Origin: Lama glama
Lineage: Eukaryota
Assembly (NCBI GenBank): GCA_028534125.1
Contig: CM052817.1
Coordinates: 12,278,001-12,342,000 of the forward strand
Reading direction: 5' to 3'
DNA length: 64,000 nucleotides
Positions 1 through 13,340 of the stretch are shown here, piece after piece. The first letter of the stretch is position 1, and each line of letters begins with the position of its first letter. Made by a program: the position numbers and the translations under genes. The notes beneath the pieces were generated by a model. The model was not told the origin of the DNA, searched no databases, and worked only from the letters and a program-made list of their open reading frames with translations.

Positions 1-99
1 GTAATCCACTTTTACAAAAACTTCTGGGACCATCCTTGACATGCGTCCTTGTCCCTCAAGTAGGTGCTGATTTTAATTGTATAGCTGACTAGAGCTGCC

Positions 100-1387
100 A
101 GATTACAGGGTATGTGTATCACAGGGTTTGTGACATACTCTGGATTGTTTTCCAGAATGGTTGTACCACTTGCCACATCTTACAGTACTGGATGAGAGTT
201 ATTCTTTTCTTTAAAGCTTTAGCAATACTTTGATAGTGTTATATTTTCTTTAATTTTGCCAGTTCATCCAGAAACTGTTAAATAATATTTCATTATGGCC
301 TTAATTTGTCTTTCTGTGAATGAAATTGGAAATTGATTTATCTTTATTTTATTTTGCATTTATTATTTATTATTTAATTTTTTGCCTATCTTGTTTCTAA
401 CTGTGAAATAATTTTTCTTGCCTGGCAAACTTTTCAATTGGGTAATATGGCTTTTTCACATTGATTTATTTTTTAGGACTTCTTTATTAAATCTATGCAG
501 TTAAATGCATTACAGATTTCTTAGTATGATGTTTAGATGAACAAAAGTTCTTAATTTTAATATAATTGAATTTACCAATCTTTACTCTTTTGATAAACTG
601 GTTTTATGCTTTTTAGGAGAAACCTAGTTATAAAGATAGTCTTCTATATTTTTTAATAGTTTTGAAGTGTTTCTTTCTCATTTAAATTTTTACCCATTTG
701 GACCTGTCATCTGTGGTATGTAGTAGGGATCTATCTACATTTATTTAACTAAAGAATAAATAATTATGTCAACATCACAGATTGGATGGTTTCTCCTTTT
801 CTTCAATGTCATCTCTCATGTAACAAGTTTCTATATATTAGTGGTTTTGTTTCTGAAATCTCCATTTTATTCCATTGGTCAATTTGTCCATCTCTGTGCA
901 AATACTACATATACTATAACTTTGAAATGCACAGATATTTGGCAGAGCATGTTTAAATATATTATTCTATTTCTTCTTACTTTTCTTGCCCTTCAACTCT
1001 TTAACGTGTATTTAAAAGTATGTAGTTAAATTCCTGAAGAAGAAAAGAAACAATGAGGTTTTCATCAGAATTGCATTAAATCTATAAAAGAATTTGGAGA
1101 AAAATAACATCTTTATGATATTGAGCTTTCCTATCCATGTATATGGTATGTGTTCCCAATTGTTTTGACATTCTTTATGTTAGTTATCAAAATCATATAT
1201 ATTTTCTATAAATATATTATGCATATTTTGTTTATTGCTAAATAATTTATTTTTATTGCTATTACATTATCTTACTGTTATGTTGGTGTCTATTTCAGCT
1301 TATATGTAGACTGTTAAGTTGTTTTAATTTAATGTGAACAGTTATATCATTTATAAATAATGAGTGCTTAGTTTTCTGCTTGTCCAT

Positions 1388-1435
<48 letters not shown>

Positions 1436-2050
1436 TTATCTCTTTATCTATCTGACTACAATGACTATGTCCTGAGGATAATATTACGTGGATACAGTGA
1501 TAGAGACATACAAGACTTGTTCCTGATGCTAGCAGTTTGGGAGAGAGGCTTCTACATTTTTTTTTAATCATTAAAAATGATATTTCCTGTACTTTTTTGT
1601 GGAGGAGGTAGAATGCATATACCATTAATAAGATTAAGGGAATGCCAATCTAGTCTTAGTTTGGTAAGAGATTATGTTATAATGGGTATTACATTGTATG
1701 AAATTATTTATTCTCATAATGTATACAATTAAATGAAATACACATTTCTTATGTTAAACCACTCATATTCCTGGAATAAATCTAAGTTTTTGTGATAAAT
1801 TATTATTTAGGACTGTATTATTAATAATAGTGTATTATATTTGATATTATTTTGGATTTGTGCATCTATGGTAGTGATATAGGCCTATAAGTTTTAAATT
1901 TTCTGCACCATTGTTGTCTGTCTTTAGTTACACAGAATCAATTGGGTGGTGGAGAGATTTTTAAGTAGATATATTAATCTATTGCAAGAAGATTTGGCAG
2001 GAGTCACCTGAAAGCCATCAGCGACTGAATTTTCCTTTGAGTTATAAGTC
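100..2050 (-). mobile_element. Ancient degraded L1 (L1M/L1ME-grade), distal ORF2 region
   Basis: Antisense L1 motifs, e.g. ttgttttccagaatggttgtacca (~146), gaattgcattaaatctata...catctttatgatattgag (~1068-1126), attcctggaataaatc (~1768); no intact ORF. Confidence 0.75.
1389..1453. repeat. (TATC)n tetranucleotide microsatellite
   Basis: About 11 perfect TATC units followed by degenerate units. Confidence 0.97.
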
Positions 2051-3554
2051 ATCTTCTACCTTATTGTATATTGTTTTTATATAGTGGAATGATACAATTT
2101 TTGAATGGATTAAATTATTTTTAATCACTCTGTGTATCTGAAGATAAGGAATTATCAAGGGAAACTCCCTAGAGTAGACAATGTGTACCTTGTTTCAAAG
2201 TAATAAAAGAAACACAAGACAGACAAATAGGGGACGGGCTAATAAACAAAAGGATGGACTTTTGCAAAAACTTGAAGGCATTTTAAAACTTTAGTATATG
2301 CAGGGAAAGAACATCAGAGCCCTATTTCTAGAACATAAAGTTTTGGTTGGGGAATAATAGTAGTTGGTAGGTAAGCAAGGGCAAGGTTAGACAGCAGACT
2401 AAGGAGCCTGGTACCTTCTCTATCTTATGATGGTCATGGCTTGCAAGGTGAACAGCCACTCAGTGGCCTTTGGGTTTGGCCAGAGAGGATGCCAGGGTTC
2501 CCATCGAAAGGATTACTAGATGGCCTCAGAGAGCCTGCTGTATGTTTTTGCCATTAATAAAACACATTGAACTCTTACAAGGTAGGTTCCCCTTGGAAGG
2601 TGTCGGGGAGAACAGGGTCTGGAGATTATCCCAGCTTGAGATTTTATGTAGATCTATGAATTTAGCAAGATCTTGCAGGTATGATATCTTATCATGGAAA
2701 TTCTAATGCATATTAGAATAATAAAAGGTGAAGATACAGAAAATAATGAGCTCTCTACAATATACATGGAAAAGGAAATGTCTCTTACTAAAATATATAG
2801 AGGGATTTCCCTAGAAAAATGAGAGTTAACAGTTTGGAATAATTTCTCTATGCATTTTTATTAGGCAAACAATCATTAAATAGGATGTACATGAGAAATA
2901 GGAGGGATTAGTGGTTTGGATAATAAGAGTGCTGTGTTTGGAATTTTGCTCCTTGAAAATAAGCCTGGTAGAGGAAAATTCGGGCAGACAGCCATTAAAA
3001 GAGAGGATTTCACTGGATTTGGGTCTGAGTGCAAACACAGAACAGATTTTTTTTTTCTTTTATAGCTCAAGACCTAGTCAAATCTTTATAAATTTCAGAG
3101 AATGTGTAGAACCCACGTAATCTTTCCAAAGGATTAATTTTTTGAGAAATGAATGCTTAGAAAATATTAACAGTAATTCAGGCAAGAAAGTACTGATATT
3201 TGCCTTGCTTCAAAAAAAGGGTAAAAGTTTCACCCCTGTCCAATGTCTTCCCTATACCAAATACATTATTCTTTGCCATGTACATGAGTGTGTAGATGTC
3301 AGATGCTAAAAGACTGACTGAAGAAACTAAAGAAAAGCAGGATAATCTTTTAGAGACCTGGAACCCTCGGTTAAAAGTGTGGTACAAGGTACCTCAGTGT
3401 CCTCAATTACTCATTGAATTACTTGCCCTCTCTGGGACTCAGTTATCCCATCTATAAAATAGGCTGACCTGTGTGTATGTAATTCTTTCTAGTTGTAACA
3501 TTATACTACTATTAATTAAAATGCATTTCGCATGGTGTGTGTGTGTGTGTGTTT

Positions 3555-4270
3555 GCCTGACCAGCATCTATTCCTCTTACTCAGGTAACAGTATTTAGAT
3601 TTAGTTTGGGAATTTACTGAGATCTTATTCTCTGTTCATTATAACAGAAGTATCATAAGTGCAGATACTGATGTACATATATGTGGTATATGACTGGCAT
3701 ACGAAAGGTGTTTAATACATACTTGTTATATATTTGTTCAATAATGTAGCTCAGGTGGGGTTCCATTTCCCACTTCTAGGAAGTTGCTAGTGATCCAAGC
3801 CTGGCTGATATAAAAGTACCATGCTGGCTTTGTTTTTGTTTTTAAAAAGAATATGTATGTAACCATTTGACCAGATGAGGTTCAGTGTTTATGATCTTGT
3901 TAACACTATTAAGATAGAAAACTCTACTTCTAAATTTGAAGGTATATTGAAAGGAATTTCTGGGGTTCACCATAAAAATATCTGAGAACTTTAACCAACC
4001 TACTAGAAAGCAGAACTGAGAAAAGAGAGAGAAGAAAGAAAGAAGGAAGGAAGGCAAAGAGGGAAGGAGAGAGGGAGGGGGAGGCAAAAAAGAAGGGAGA
4101 AGGGGCTGGGTGTGATGGTATAGGGTAATGCATGGTGATATGCTTTGGGCATCTAATTACACTCATTTACAAAGGAAGCTACATCTCCTGGACTTTTCAG
4201 TTACAAGTGGCATTGAGTTCCCTGTTTTGTTAAGCCTGCTTGATTTTCTGTAATTTGCAATTTAAAATAT
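3555..4270 (+). mobile_element. MaLR LTR, MLT1K/L-like, interrupted by an L2 end and a purine tract
   Basis: catctattcctcttactcaggtaacag start; cctggacttttcagttac...ttttctgtaatttgcaa end resemble old MLT1 LTRs. Confidence 0.55.
4018..4105. repeat. Purine-rich (GA/GGAA) low-complexity tract
   Basis: Almost pure A/G run. Confidence 0.9.
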
Positions 4271-4734
4271 CTCAATTTCTTGGAAAAGATTGGAAAACTG
4301 AGAAGAAACTGGAATGCATTTTTTCTTTTTAAGACAGGGAAATATTCCAAAGTGAAACAGATAATAACTCATACAAAGATTTTTTTCCAGCAGTGTTCGC
4401 ATCCTGAAACACATTACACATTGGAATTTGGGGTCAAACAAAATCGTGTGCAAATCCCAAATCCATTCTTATAGGTTGTATAGTCCAGCTCAGGACCTAA
4501 CAGTACACAGCTGGTGCTTCATTAATTATGTTGAATAAAGGAATAAATCAGTGGGTGAATGAACTTTGCAAGATTACAACACTCTTGCAGGAAAAATGCT
4601 ATAGGACTATAATGATTCATTGTAATCAAAATGTTAAGCTCTGTACAATTCCTCCACACAGTACACAGTCTACAATAGCACCCTATTTCTTAGTGATGAA
4701 ATTGAGTGAAAATTAATATATCCAGGGCAAGCTC

Positions 4735-4840
4735 AAAGGGAAAAAAAAGAGAAAGAAAGAGAAAGATGAAGGGGAGAGGAAGAGGAAGAAAAAAGAAAGA
4801 GGAAGGGAAGAGAGAGAGAAAGAGGAAGACAGAAAGAGGC
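4735..4840. repeat. Purine-rich (GAAA/GA) low-complexity tract
   Basis: Almost pure A/G run. Confidence 0.9.
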
Positions 4841-5837
4841 AAGTCCTTTGCAATTTAACTAAATTTCTGGAAAGAGGTCTGCATATAACCCTTATGTTAA
4901 AAAAGGGTTTAAAAAAGAAACCTTGTGTTTAACAATGTTCTAGAAATACCTTCTACCCACTTTACCTGCAGTCACTGCCTACCTCTGGGCATCTGTTCCT
5001 AAAGCTGGCATTCAGAACAGAAGCCACTTTATGATGTGGGAGTAGGATTCACATCCTTTGCCATAGGGGAAGTTGGTTTGCTATTTTGTCTAGAGAAGTC
5101 ATCTGTATGCATCACCACCATTCTCCAAGGGCGAATTATAAGGCAGTGGTTGCTGTGCCGCATACCAAATTATAGTCTACAGACTGACAAGATCAAAAGG
5201 AAAGTGCCAAAGTGGAAATGGTTACCACAGGTGTCAAATAAGGTGTCACCCTAATTAACCTATACACGGGATATGTTTATAGAAAGTATTGCTCTTGGGG
5301 AGTTGTTTGTGTGAAAAATGTCTGCAGCAACCCGGTTTCACCATTTTCTGCTGGAAACCCACAGCAGAATCATGAATTATTTTTAACAGAACAGTTGTAA
5401 TATCGCAAAGTGTGGATGCCTCAATCATGCTTTTAAAATAGCTAGTCTTGGAATTGGAAATATATGGCTAAAATAAAACTAGGATTTTAATAGAGTGAAG
5501 TCAATTTAGACAATTTTAACAAGCAGGCTGGGATAGGCAAGAATTGGCCACATTTCACTTCTTACAACTGACAGAGAGGAAGAACGAGGAACTTCCTTCC
5601 TGAAGTGGCGGGCCAAGTCTATATTCATTCCTTTGCCTTCTGGAAGTTGTGCGCGTATGTGTGTGCGCGCGCGCACGTGTAAGCCTTTTGGAGAGCTGGG
5701 TGGAGTCCAGGGGGCTTCAAAAGACCCAAGGTTCAACGCTCATATCTGTGCATATGGTTCTCCCTACGACATTAATAAACACCTCTGACGCCTACCACAG
5801 TAGCCTTGCATTCTCACAAGTCGCCCATTAGGTTTTA

Positions 5838-5998
5838 GAGTGGTGTTTCCTCAAGTATGGTCCCAGGACAGCCCCCTTCACTATCACTCGACGTGTCTGT
5901 TTAGATTGTGAGCCCTGAGCCTCACACTGAGCCTGTGTCGTTTCTGGGAGGACACTGAAGAAATCTCCAGTGGGAAACGTGTGATTTGAAAACCACTG
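5838..5998. mobile_element. MER5-like hAT-Charlie MITE
   Basis: Ends gtggtgtttcctcaagtatggtccc and tttgaaaaccactg resemble MER5 terminal inverted repeats. Confidence 0.55.
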
Positions 5999-6009
5999 CT
6001 GTAAACAAC

Positions 6010-6272
6010 CCAGCGTGGTATTCTGCAGTGACCAAGAGAAGATATTAGAACCCAAATGCCTGACTTCAAGTTTATTTTCCACCAGTTATAAGCTGTGAAA
6101 CACTGAGAAACTTACTTATCTTCCTTGTACCTCATTTTTTTGTCTTTAAAATAGTCACAGATACCCATTATATAATAATACCTAAATTACACATGTATTG
6201 TTAAAATTAAATAAATTGATAATGTAAATCACCTGAAGAAGTGCTAAGCTCTAAGTAAATGTTAATTAATAT
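6010..6272 (+). mobile_element. MIR SINE, near full length
   Basis: Core gctgtgaaacactgagaaacttacttatc...cctcattttttt and 3' ttgttaaaattaaataa...taagtaaatgttaat. Confidence 0.7.
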
Positions 6273-9200
6273 AATTTGAGAGGTTACCAGGCATGAGAAT
6301 TCTCTTAACTCACACAGTTTTCCCAAATTCCCCTACTATTTCATAGTATTTCCCTTATTTTGATTTCTAAGCTCCATGAATGTAAGGGTTATGTTAATTT
6401 GCTTACCTCTTTGCACAGCACCTAAGATACTGTATTATGAATAATTTTTTAAACATCTAATTTAATACCACCCTCTATTTCCTTATTAGAACCAACAGCA
6501 AAGGAATAACCCTTAACAGCTTACTGTCTCATAGGAAATTAACCTTACTATTTTAGGATTGAGAAAAATGTGTGGACTCTTCAAACCCAAAAAGTTTCCG
6601 GACTTTAGCAAGTCAGTCTTTATAAAAGACAGGCTTGTATCCCTTTATCTTGTTGCTGCTTTGGCTTCTTTTCTTCTCCCTTTGCATAGAATGCCCCCCA
6701 TAGTCTAATTTCTGCTTGCCTCTCAGCTTCTCTGACTTTTATTCCCCCCTTTCTTTTGCTAAGTTCCAGGTTTGGGCATATGGTTTACATGTTCCACCAA
6801 GGACCACAGACTCTTAGCTAGGCATTACCACGCTTGCTGCACTATCTCCCTGAAAAGTTGTTCTCAAAACCTTCACCATCTCTAGTCAAAACTATTTGTC
6901 CATGGACCTGTGTCTCCCTCTGTTTGACGAGTATCTTGTGGTCAGGAACCTTGTCTCATTTGTCCCTACATCACCAGCGCCTGATTCCAGGCATCACACA
7001 CACATTTCCACTGAAGAAAGGAAGGAACTGAGGACACTGTAGCCCAGGATTCTTCCCTTTCCTTGTGATCTCCTCTCAAGCATCAGTCTAGGTTGTCATC
7101 ATCTCAGGGGAAACCCTGGCACTGGACCTGCTAAGGGCCAGACTGGCCAGCTAGGAAGAGACTGATCAGGCTGAGGAGCATTCCTTCGGACTCCATAAAG
7201 CCCACAGACTCTGCAAAGCTTCTCCTAAGTTAGCCTCAGAAGTCACTCAACCATGATCTTGCTGTGTTCTCTCAGCCATCAGCTAACACTGGGGGTTTGC
7301 TCAGAAGCAAGGAGAAGAGCATGCATTGCTGTGAGGGACTTGATTCATCAGTTGGGAGGACAAAGCCCTTTCAAGACAAGCTACCACCCTCTCCCTTATC
7401 TTTTTCTGCCTCCTCAGATAAATTATGAAGAAGCGTCTTATCATGAACACTGTAGAAACTTTTAGATCTGCTACATCTGGTTTCAGAGCCTGAATCATCA
7501 TTTATCAGCAGCTCATATAATCTGTAAGAGGGAGCTAAAAATACCATACCTATATTGTAAGTTTATTGTGAGAATTAAAGATAGTAAGGATACAACTTCT
7601 GCTGTAAAGTAGGCACTTAGTAAGGGGTATCTATTGTTAATATTACTTTGATAATTTAACAATTAAGTGCTTATTTAACATAAAAAAGAGATGAAGTACA
7701 AGATTTATGTTTTTCCTCCATTTAAAAAAAATCTCTAAATCAACCTCATTCTGAATGTCCTTATACAAGATTATATATTTTCAGCTCAGTTTCAATATAT
7801 TTTGTGTACAGGTTGCCCTTAAATCTGAAATGAAATCAATAACGTATAAAAGCTCTATTGATTTCAATCTACCAACAACAATGTGTAGTCCGAAGCTTGC
7901 AAATATTCTTTCGTACAGATGAATTATTGATAACACAGTGTTTCAAAATATTTGGCCTTTGTATTATTAAGTTAAATGCCTTTTTCTAACGAATGAAAGT
8001 ACCCTGTATATCAAGCACGTGCAAATCCATCAGTTTTCACAATTTTCTTATAAGAAAATATTGCTATTCTAACTTCTTCCTTTATATTTTTAGGAAACTT
8101 AGGCCAAAGAGGTTAAGTACTTGATCAAATCCATTCCATAAGCTCATGGTAGAGAGGGGATTAGTCTTGTGCCCCTAACTACGACTTTGTGGCATTGTTA
8201 CTAAGTACAAACTGCTATACTGGCTCTGTACCAGGTGCTACCAAAAGTAAAAAAAACAAAACAAAACAGAACTCCTTTGCAAAGCATCATTCATTCTGCT
8301 TTGGCCATCGAGCCATTATCTTTTGATTAGAGAAGTAAAAGTAAAAACTTTGATAAATGGTAAGGGTGAATTTTGATGACATTTCTAAGTAAAATCAGAA
8401 TCACTGACCCCTGAAGATTTGTTTTTAGAATTATAGCAAAATGGATTTCCATTAATTCAGTGTTTCTTACAACTTCAAGGCTGGCCAAGATCTTTAGAGG
8501 TCAATGAATGCAATACCCTGTTGCTAAGCAAGACCCAGGTAAACTTCAATGCGGCAAGAATGGACTTTTCCTTTCTTAAAATTGCCAGCCCCAAATTTCT
8601 CTTTGCTCTGTTCATAACATAGGTAATAAAGCGTCTGATCTTTTATCCAGATAATACTTTCTTATCCATCTTTTCCAATTTTCTTATTCTGAAAATGAAG
8701 GAACAGAAGTTGAGTCCTTGTCCAGTACTCTCGTCCAGTGCCAACACTGTCACTGTGCCCACACCTCCTGACTCTGCTACAGACAACATCAGACGCTTCC
8801 TAAAGCAACTGCAATTTATATTAATAATAGGAATTTAGGTTTTATATTATCATATGAAATATCAGTTTCAATAACGTCTGAGGGTTTCATAAGGACAAGG
8901 ACCATATTTTCATCTTTAATATCCAGTTTCCCTCACAATGTTTGATAGATGGAAGACTTTCAAAATACGCATGCTAAATGAAGGAAAGGATGGATCATGA
9001 GTTAATGACCTCGGCCTTACTACTATTAGGATAGGCAGATAGTTCTATCTGTAAACAGCCTAATTTTTACATATTAAGACATCTCCTGAGGAACTGACTG
9101 GATTCTCAGGCAGAATCAAGAAATCTTTTGGCAGAATAGGTCATTGCTGTTAAGAAATTTCTTCTTTTATTTCAGCGTTGTTTCTTCTGGAGTGTCTCAA

Positions 9201-9551
9201 TCTAGTGGTCTCTCCCCTAACACTGCTACGTTTGATTGTCAGGGAATGCAAAAAGACTTAGATAATACTTAATCTTTACAACAACCTCACTGAGCAAGAC
9301 TTTCAGAGCTGAGTCTTACTGACTTGTCTAATGTGATGTGAAAGGTAGTGATGGGATTAGAAATAGATTCTCTTTTCTGGCTCCAAAGCCTATGTCTTTA
9401 GATATGATACTCTTCTGTCTTCAAGCATTGTTGAAAGATGCTTGTGCTCACTTCTGAACTGGATCTGTATCTACTCCCTTACCAAGTCCTCTTAAGAGAT
9501 GCAGTATTACCAAACTGGTTGATTTAACCAGAGATATTTGTGGGAATATAT

Positions 9552-10292
9552 GTTTATTTTTTCTTTAACCATTTTGAGGTTTTTTTTTAACATTTTTTAT
9601 TGATTTATAATCATTTTACAATGTTGTGTCAAATTCCAGTGTTCAGCACAATTTTTCAGTTATACATGAACATATATATATTGATTGTCACATTTTTTTC
9701 TCTGTGAGCTACCACAAGATTCTGTGTATATTTCCCTGTGCTATACGGTATAATCTTGTTTATTTATTCTACAATTTTGAAATCCAGTCTATCCCTTCCC
9801 ACCCTCTGCCCCCTTGGCAACCACAAATTTGTACTCTATGTCTATGAGTCTAATTCTGTTTTGTATTTGTGCTTTGTTTTTTGTTTGTTTGTTTGTTTTT
9901 GTTTTTTAGATTCCACATTTGAGCGATCTCATATGGTATTTTTCTTTCTCTTTCTGGCTTACTTCACTTAGAATGACATTCTCTAGGAGCACCCATGTTG
10001 CTGCAAATGGCGTTATGTTGTTGGTTTTTATGGCTGAGTAGTATTCCATTGTATAAATATACCACATCTTCTTTATCCAGTCACCTGTTGATGGACATTT
10101 AGGCTGTTTCCATGTTTTGGCTATTGCAAATAGTGCTGCTATGAACATTGGGGTGCAGGTGTCATCCTGAAGTAGGGTTCCTTCTGGATACAAGCCCAGG
10201 AGTGGGATTCCTGGGTCATATGGTAAGTCTATTCCTAGTCTTTTGAGGAATCTCCACACTGTTTTCCACAGTGGCTGCACCAAATTGCATTC
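9552..10292 (-). mobile_element. Young 5'-truncated L1 (camelid-type): ORF2 C-terminus, 3'UTR and tail, with 13-bp TSD
   Basis: Uninterrupted ORF2p C-terminus [17 protein letters not shown]...YHMRSLKCGI* (10292-9906); poly(T) about 9580-9588; TSD TGTGGGAATATAT at 9539-9551 and 10293-10305. Confidence 0.97.
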
Positions 10293-10569
10293 TGTGGGAA
10301 TATATTGAATAAGTGGGCTCGGTTCCTGTGCCTTAAAGGCCGTTGAGCAGTGAGATTTCTTCCCCTCTTCACTTTTGTGGTCAGAGATCAGTGAGAGGGC
10401 TAGATTCATTTCTGTAAGAAAGGAAGGACCACATCTTCCGTCTGCCTTTTCCTGAGGGATGCTCATGGTCTGTCAAGGATAATGCTTTGCTTGGGTTTGC
10501 TCATCTTACCCCTGTCCCTCTGGTACTGGTGAGTATGTTCTTATTACATAGCTGTAGTAAGATTGTACC

Positions 10570-11150
10570 CTGAGGTCAGAGAGGGGAGAGAGAACAAGAC
10601 TTGAGATCATGATGGAAGGAACCTCCCTTATGTATTCCAATCTAAACCAATGAGAAAGTGAAAACAGCCCTGTTAACAATCAGAGCACAGTGTTCCCAAA
10701 ACATAAATAATGCTCAAACAAGGACAACGCTTTGGCCACTCTGCCTGCACTTTGATAACATGTAGACAAGGCTCCTCAGGACCCAGAAAAGACTAACCAT
10801 CCTCAGCTCCTGAGAGACACTGCCTTTCTTTGAGTGATTGCTGCTCCTTTACTGTGCAGTTCTAACTCCACTTTATTCTGCTGGCCTCCTAGATTAAATT
10901 AACTTTAATATCTAGTCATTAAATTACCCTCAGTTTTTTGATAACATCTGAACCTAAACTGGTTCCTGCTTCCCTAAATCTTGCTTAGAATTTTCTAAGA
11001 CAAACCCTGATCCTATAAAAAGCTCCTCCCAATTCTCTCTTCCCACCTAGATTCCCCTGGGGTAAACCGTTCCTTTCTGCAGCAAGCTGGATTCTTAACC
11101 ATTATTTCGACTGGAGACATGTTCCTGGTGGCCTTTAAAGGTGGACTTTC
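10570..11150 (+). mobile_element. Solo ERV LTR (probably ERVL class, MER54/MER74-like)
   Basis: TG...CA ends, TATAAAA at 11014-11020, terminal ctgcagcaagc...gttcctggtggccttt motif typical of these LTRs. Confidence 0.55.
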
Positions 11151-11703
11151 ATTACGTGTGTCTCACTGCACCCTGCGTTCTCCAAATGTTCAAGCAGCTC
11201 TGTGTTAAGGGATTCTGGGTCCTTGTCGAGCTATAAATCAAAGGCATACGTGCTTCTCTATGAGGTTGCTGTGCTTCATGGTATAACTCCCTCAGCCAAG
11301 AAGTCGATCAGAGAAAAATGTGAATCATATTCAGGAACAGAACAGCATCTTGAATCATAAGGATTTCTGGTTTCATTCCATCTGCCTTGCTCTTTTTTTG
11401 TCTGTCTGTGGTAGGCAGGGCTAGATTAAAACCTTTAGAGGTAGAAAGCTTTAAAAATATTACTGTTTCCTTTTGTTTATTTTTGCCCCTACTCAGCTCT
11501 TCCCATAAGCATTTGCTTAGTCTGAGTATTACTTAATTAGCCAATGCTACTGTACGCCTTGAGAGGGACCTTTGCTAGGACCGCTGTGGTAAAATCACAC
11601 CCTCCGAACTAGGGGAAAAACAAGAAAGAGCAAAAGCCTCCATGTACCTGGAGCCTAGACTACTGTTTCTTTTCAACTGAAAAACACTGTTGGGAGGTGA
11701 GGG

Positions 11704-11868
11704 GTGTGTGTGTGTTTGTGTGTTTGTGTGTGTGTGCTTGTGTGTTTGTGTGTGTGTGAGTGTGTGTGTTTGTGTGACTGTGTGTGTGTTTGTGTATGCG
11801 TGTGTGTGTGTGTGTTTTTGTGTGTTTGTGTGTGTGTGTGTTTGTGTCTGGTATGTGTGTGTTTGTGC
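11704..11868. repeat. Interrupted (TG)n microsatellite, about 165 bp
   Basis: TG repeats periodically broken by TTTG. Confidence 0.97.
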
Positions 11869-12109
11869 TCATGCAGGAGGAAGAGGGATTATTTGATACT
11901 TGTTTGGCCACTAATGAAACAATTAAATTGTGAATAGAAGGGAAAGGAAGCTAATGCAAAATTCTAAAACTAAAACTTATAATCTGGCAGCCAGATGCTG
12001 GAAGACACTTCTCAGTGGACTTTTTGCATATCAGCAAAGGCAAACACTGAGTTTTTATAGTGACATGTGTTCTGTGCTTTGATGGGAAAATGCCAGAGGC
12101 TTAGGAGCT

Positions 12110-12335
12110 TACACAAGGGGACTTTAATTTAGAGTCCTCAAAAGGTGTCACAGCTGAGGTCTGAAGAATGGGTAGAAGCTTGCTAGGGAATCCTGTGTGG
12201 GAAAGAAGCTGAGGGCACACAGTCTATGCAAAAGCCAGGAAGGAAGGAAGAGCTTGGAGTAGAGGAACAGAAAGAAGCTCCATTGCATAAGGAATGGAAG
12301 CGGGGGAGTGCTAGGGGATGGAGTGAACCTCGTTA
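12110..12335 (-). mobile_element. L2 fragment
   Basis: gctgaggtctgaagaatgggtagaagc...tgcaaaagccagga...gaggaacagaaagaagc. Confidence 0.65.
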
Positions 12336-12829
12336 AACAGTGTGGACTCATTGGCCATCTTTGTCGGTCCTGTCTACATACGAGTACATTTTGGGGAGAG
12401 AAGGCAAACTCTTTTTCATCCTCATTTGTACCCTATCAGGAAAAAGTGTTTTTACCTGAGGTCTCTCTCCCTGCTAGTGAGCTTTAAGATATCTGCTTTT
12501 CTAACCTACACTGTCATTCCTGTCTCCTCATTCCTGAGTTGACCTCTGGCTGCTCTATAGTTTGGTGTGCCCCTGGATAATAGGTTTGGGTTCTCACCTG
12601 GGAAGTCTCTCTGGTCTCACCTTGCTGGGCCACAATCATGCTCGGAGGGTCAGAATATGTGAGCAAGCAGCATTCCATTTGTGACTTGAGAGGGAGTTAC
12701 TTAACTGCTCTGTGCCATAAGGTTGTTGGAAAGATTAGCTGAATGATTTTATGTAGAACAATTGCAAATAGCTAGCACATAGTAAGCACTCAATTACTAT
12801 TATGTCTAGTTATCTGCAGAACGGTGTCC

Positions 12830-13340
12830 ACTGCTTTGTGCTTGTTCAACATCCACCCCCACTTCTGCTGGTGAAGGAACTGAAATGAACTTTGGAGAAT
12901 TACTTCTCCTCACTCTAAGTCCATGGGTTGGCTTTACACCCTGGCTCCAGCTGTGAGCACATGCCCTAGGCTAGGCCAGTCCCAGTCCCAGTGATTCATT
13001 CATGAATGGACTGTGATGCACTCCAAGTCAATGAACCTTGATCTCGTGGCTTTGTGCCAGAAAGAGAATCTCTTTTTTACAGGGGGATTGCTAGATAGAG
13101 TGGAAAACAAGCCGCGAGTGCTCACTCAGATGGATTTCCTTTCTGAGAATGAAACCAACACAAAGCAAAGCAGACCTGAAGGACAGAGACCAACAGATTC
13201 TTCTCAACCACTGGATTCAGCTGTATCTTAAGTAAATATCTCATTCACAGTTTTTGCTAAATTAGTAAAAGAAGAAAACTATATTTGATTTTGTTGTCAA
13301 TCTGAGTAAGATGCCTTCATTCCGAAAGAGCTCAAACACA
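12830..13340 (+). mobile_element. MaLR LTR, MLT1K/L-like
   Basis: ctggctccagctgtgagcacatg...gagaatgaaaccaacacaaagcaaagcaga...ctggattcagctgta. Confidence 0.65.

Noticed and set aside
9906..10466. 186-aa ORF as a chimeric gene
   Set aside because: The C-terminal 128 aa are L1 ORF2p; the N-terminal part is chance read-through into flanking DNA beyond the TSD, with no promoter or splice support
11660..11937. Cys/Val- and His/Thr-rich ORFs (likewise Lys/Glu/Arg-rich ORFs at 35655-36017)
   Set aside because: Translations of microsatellites
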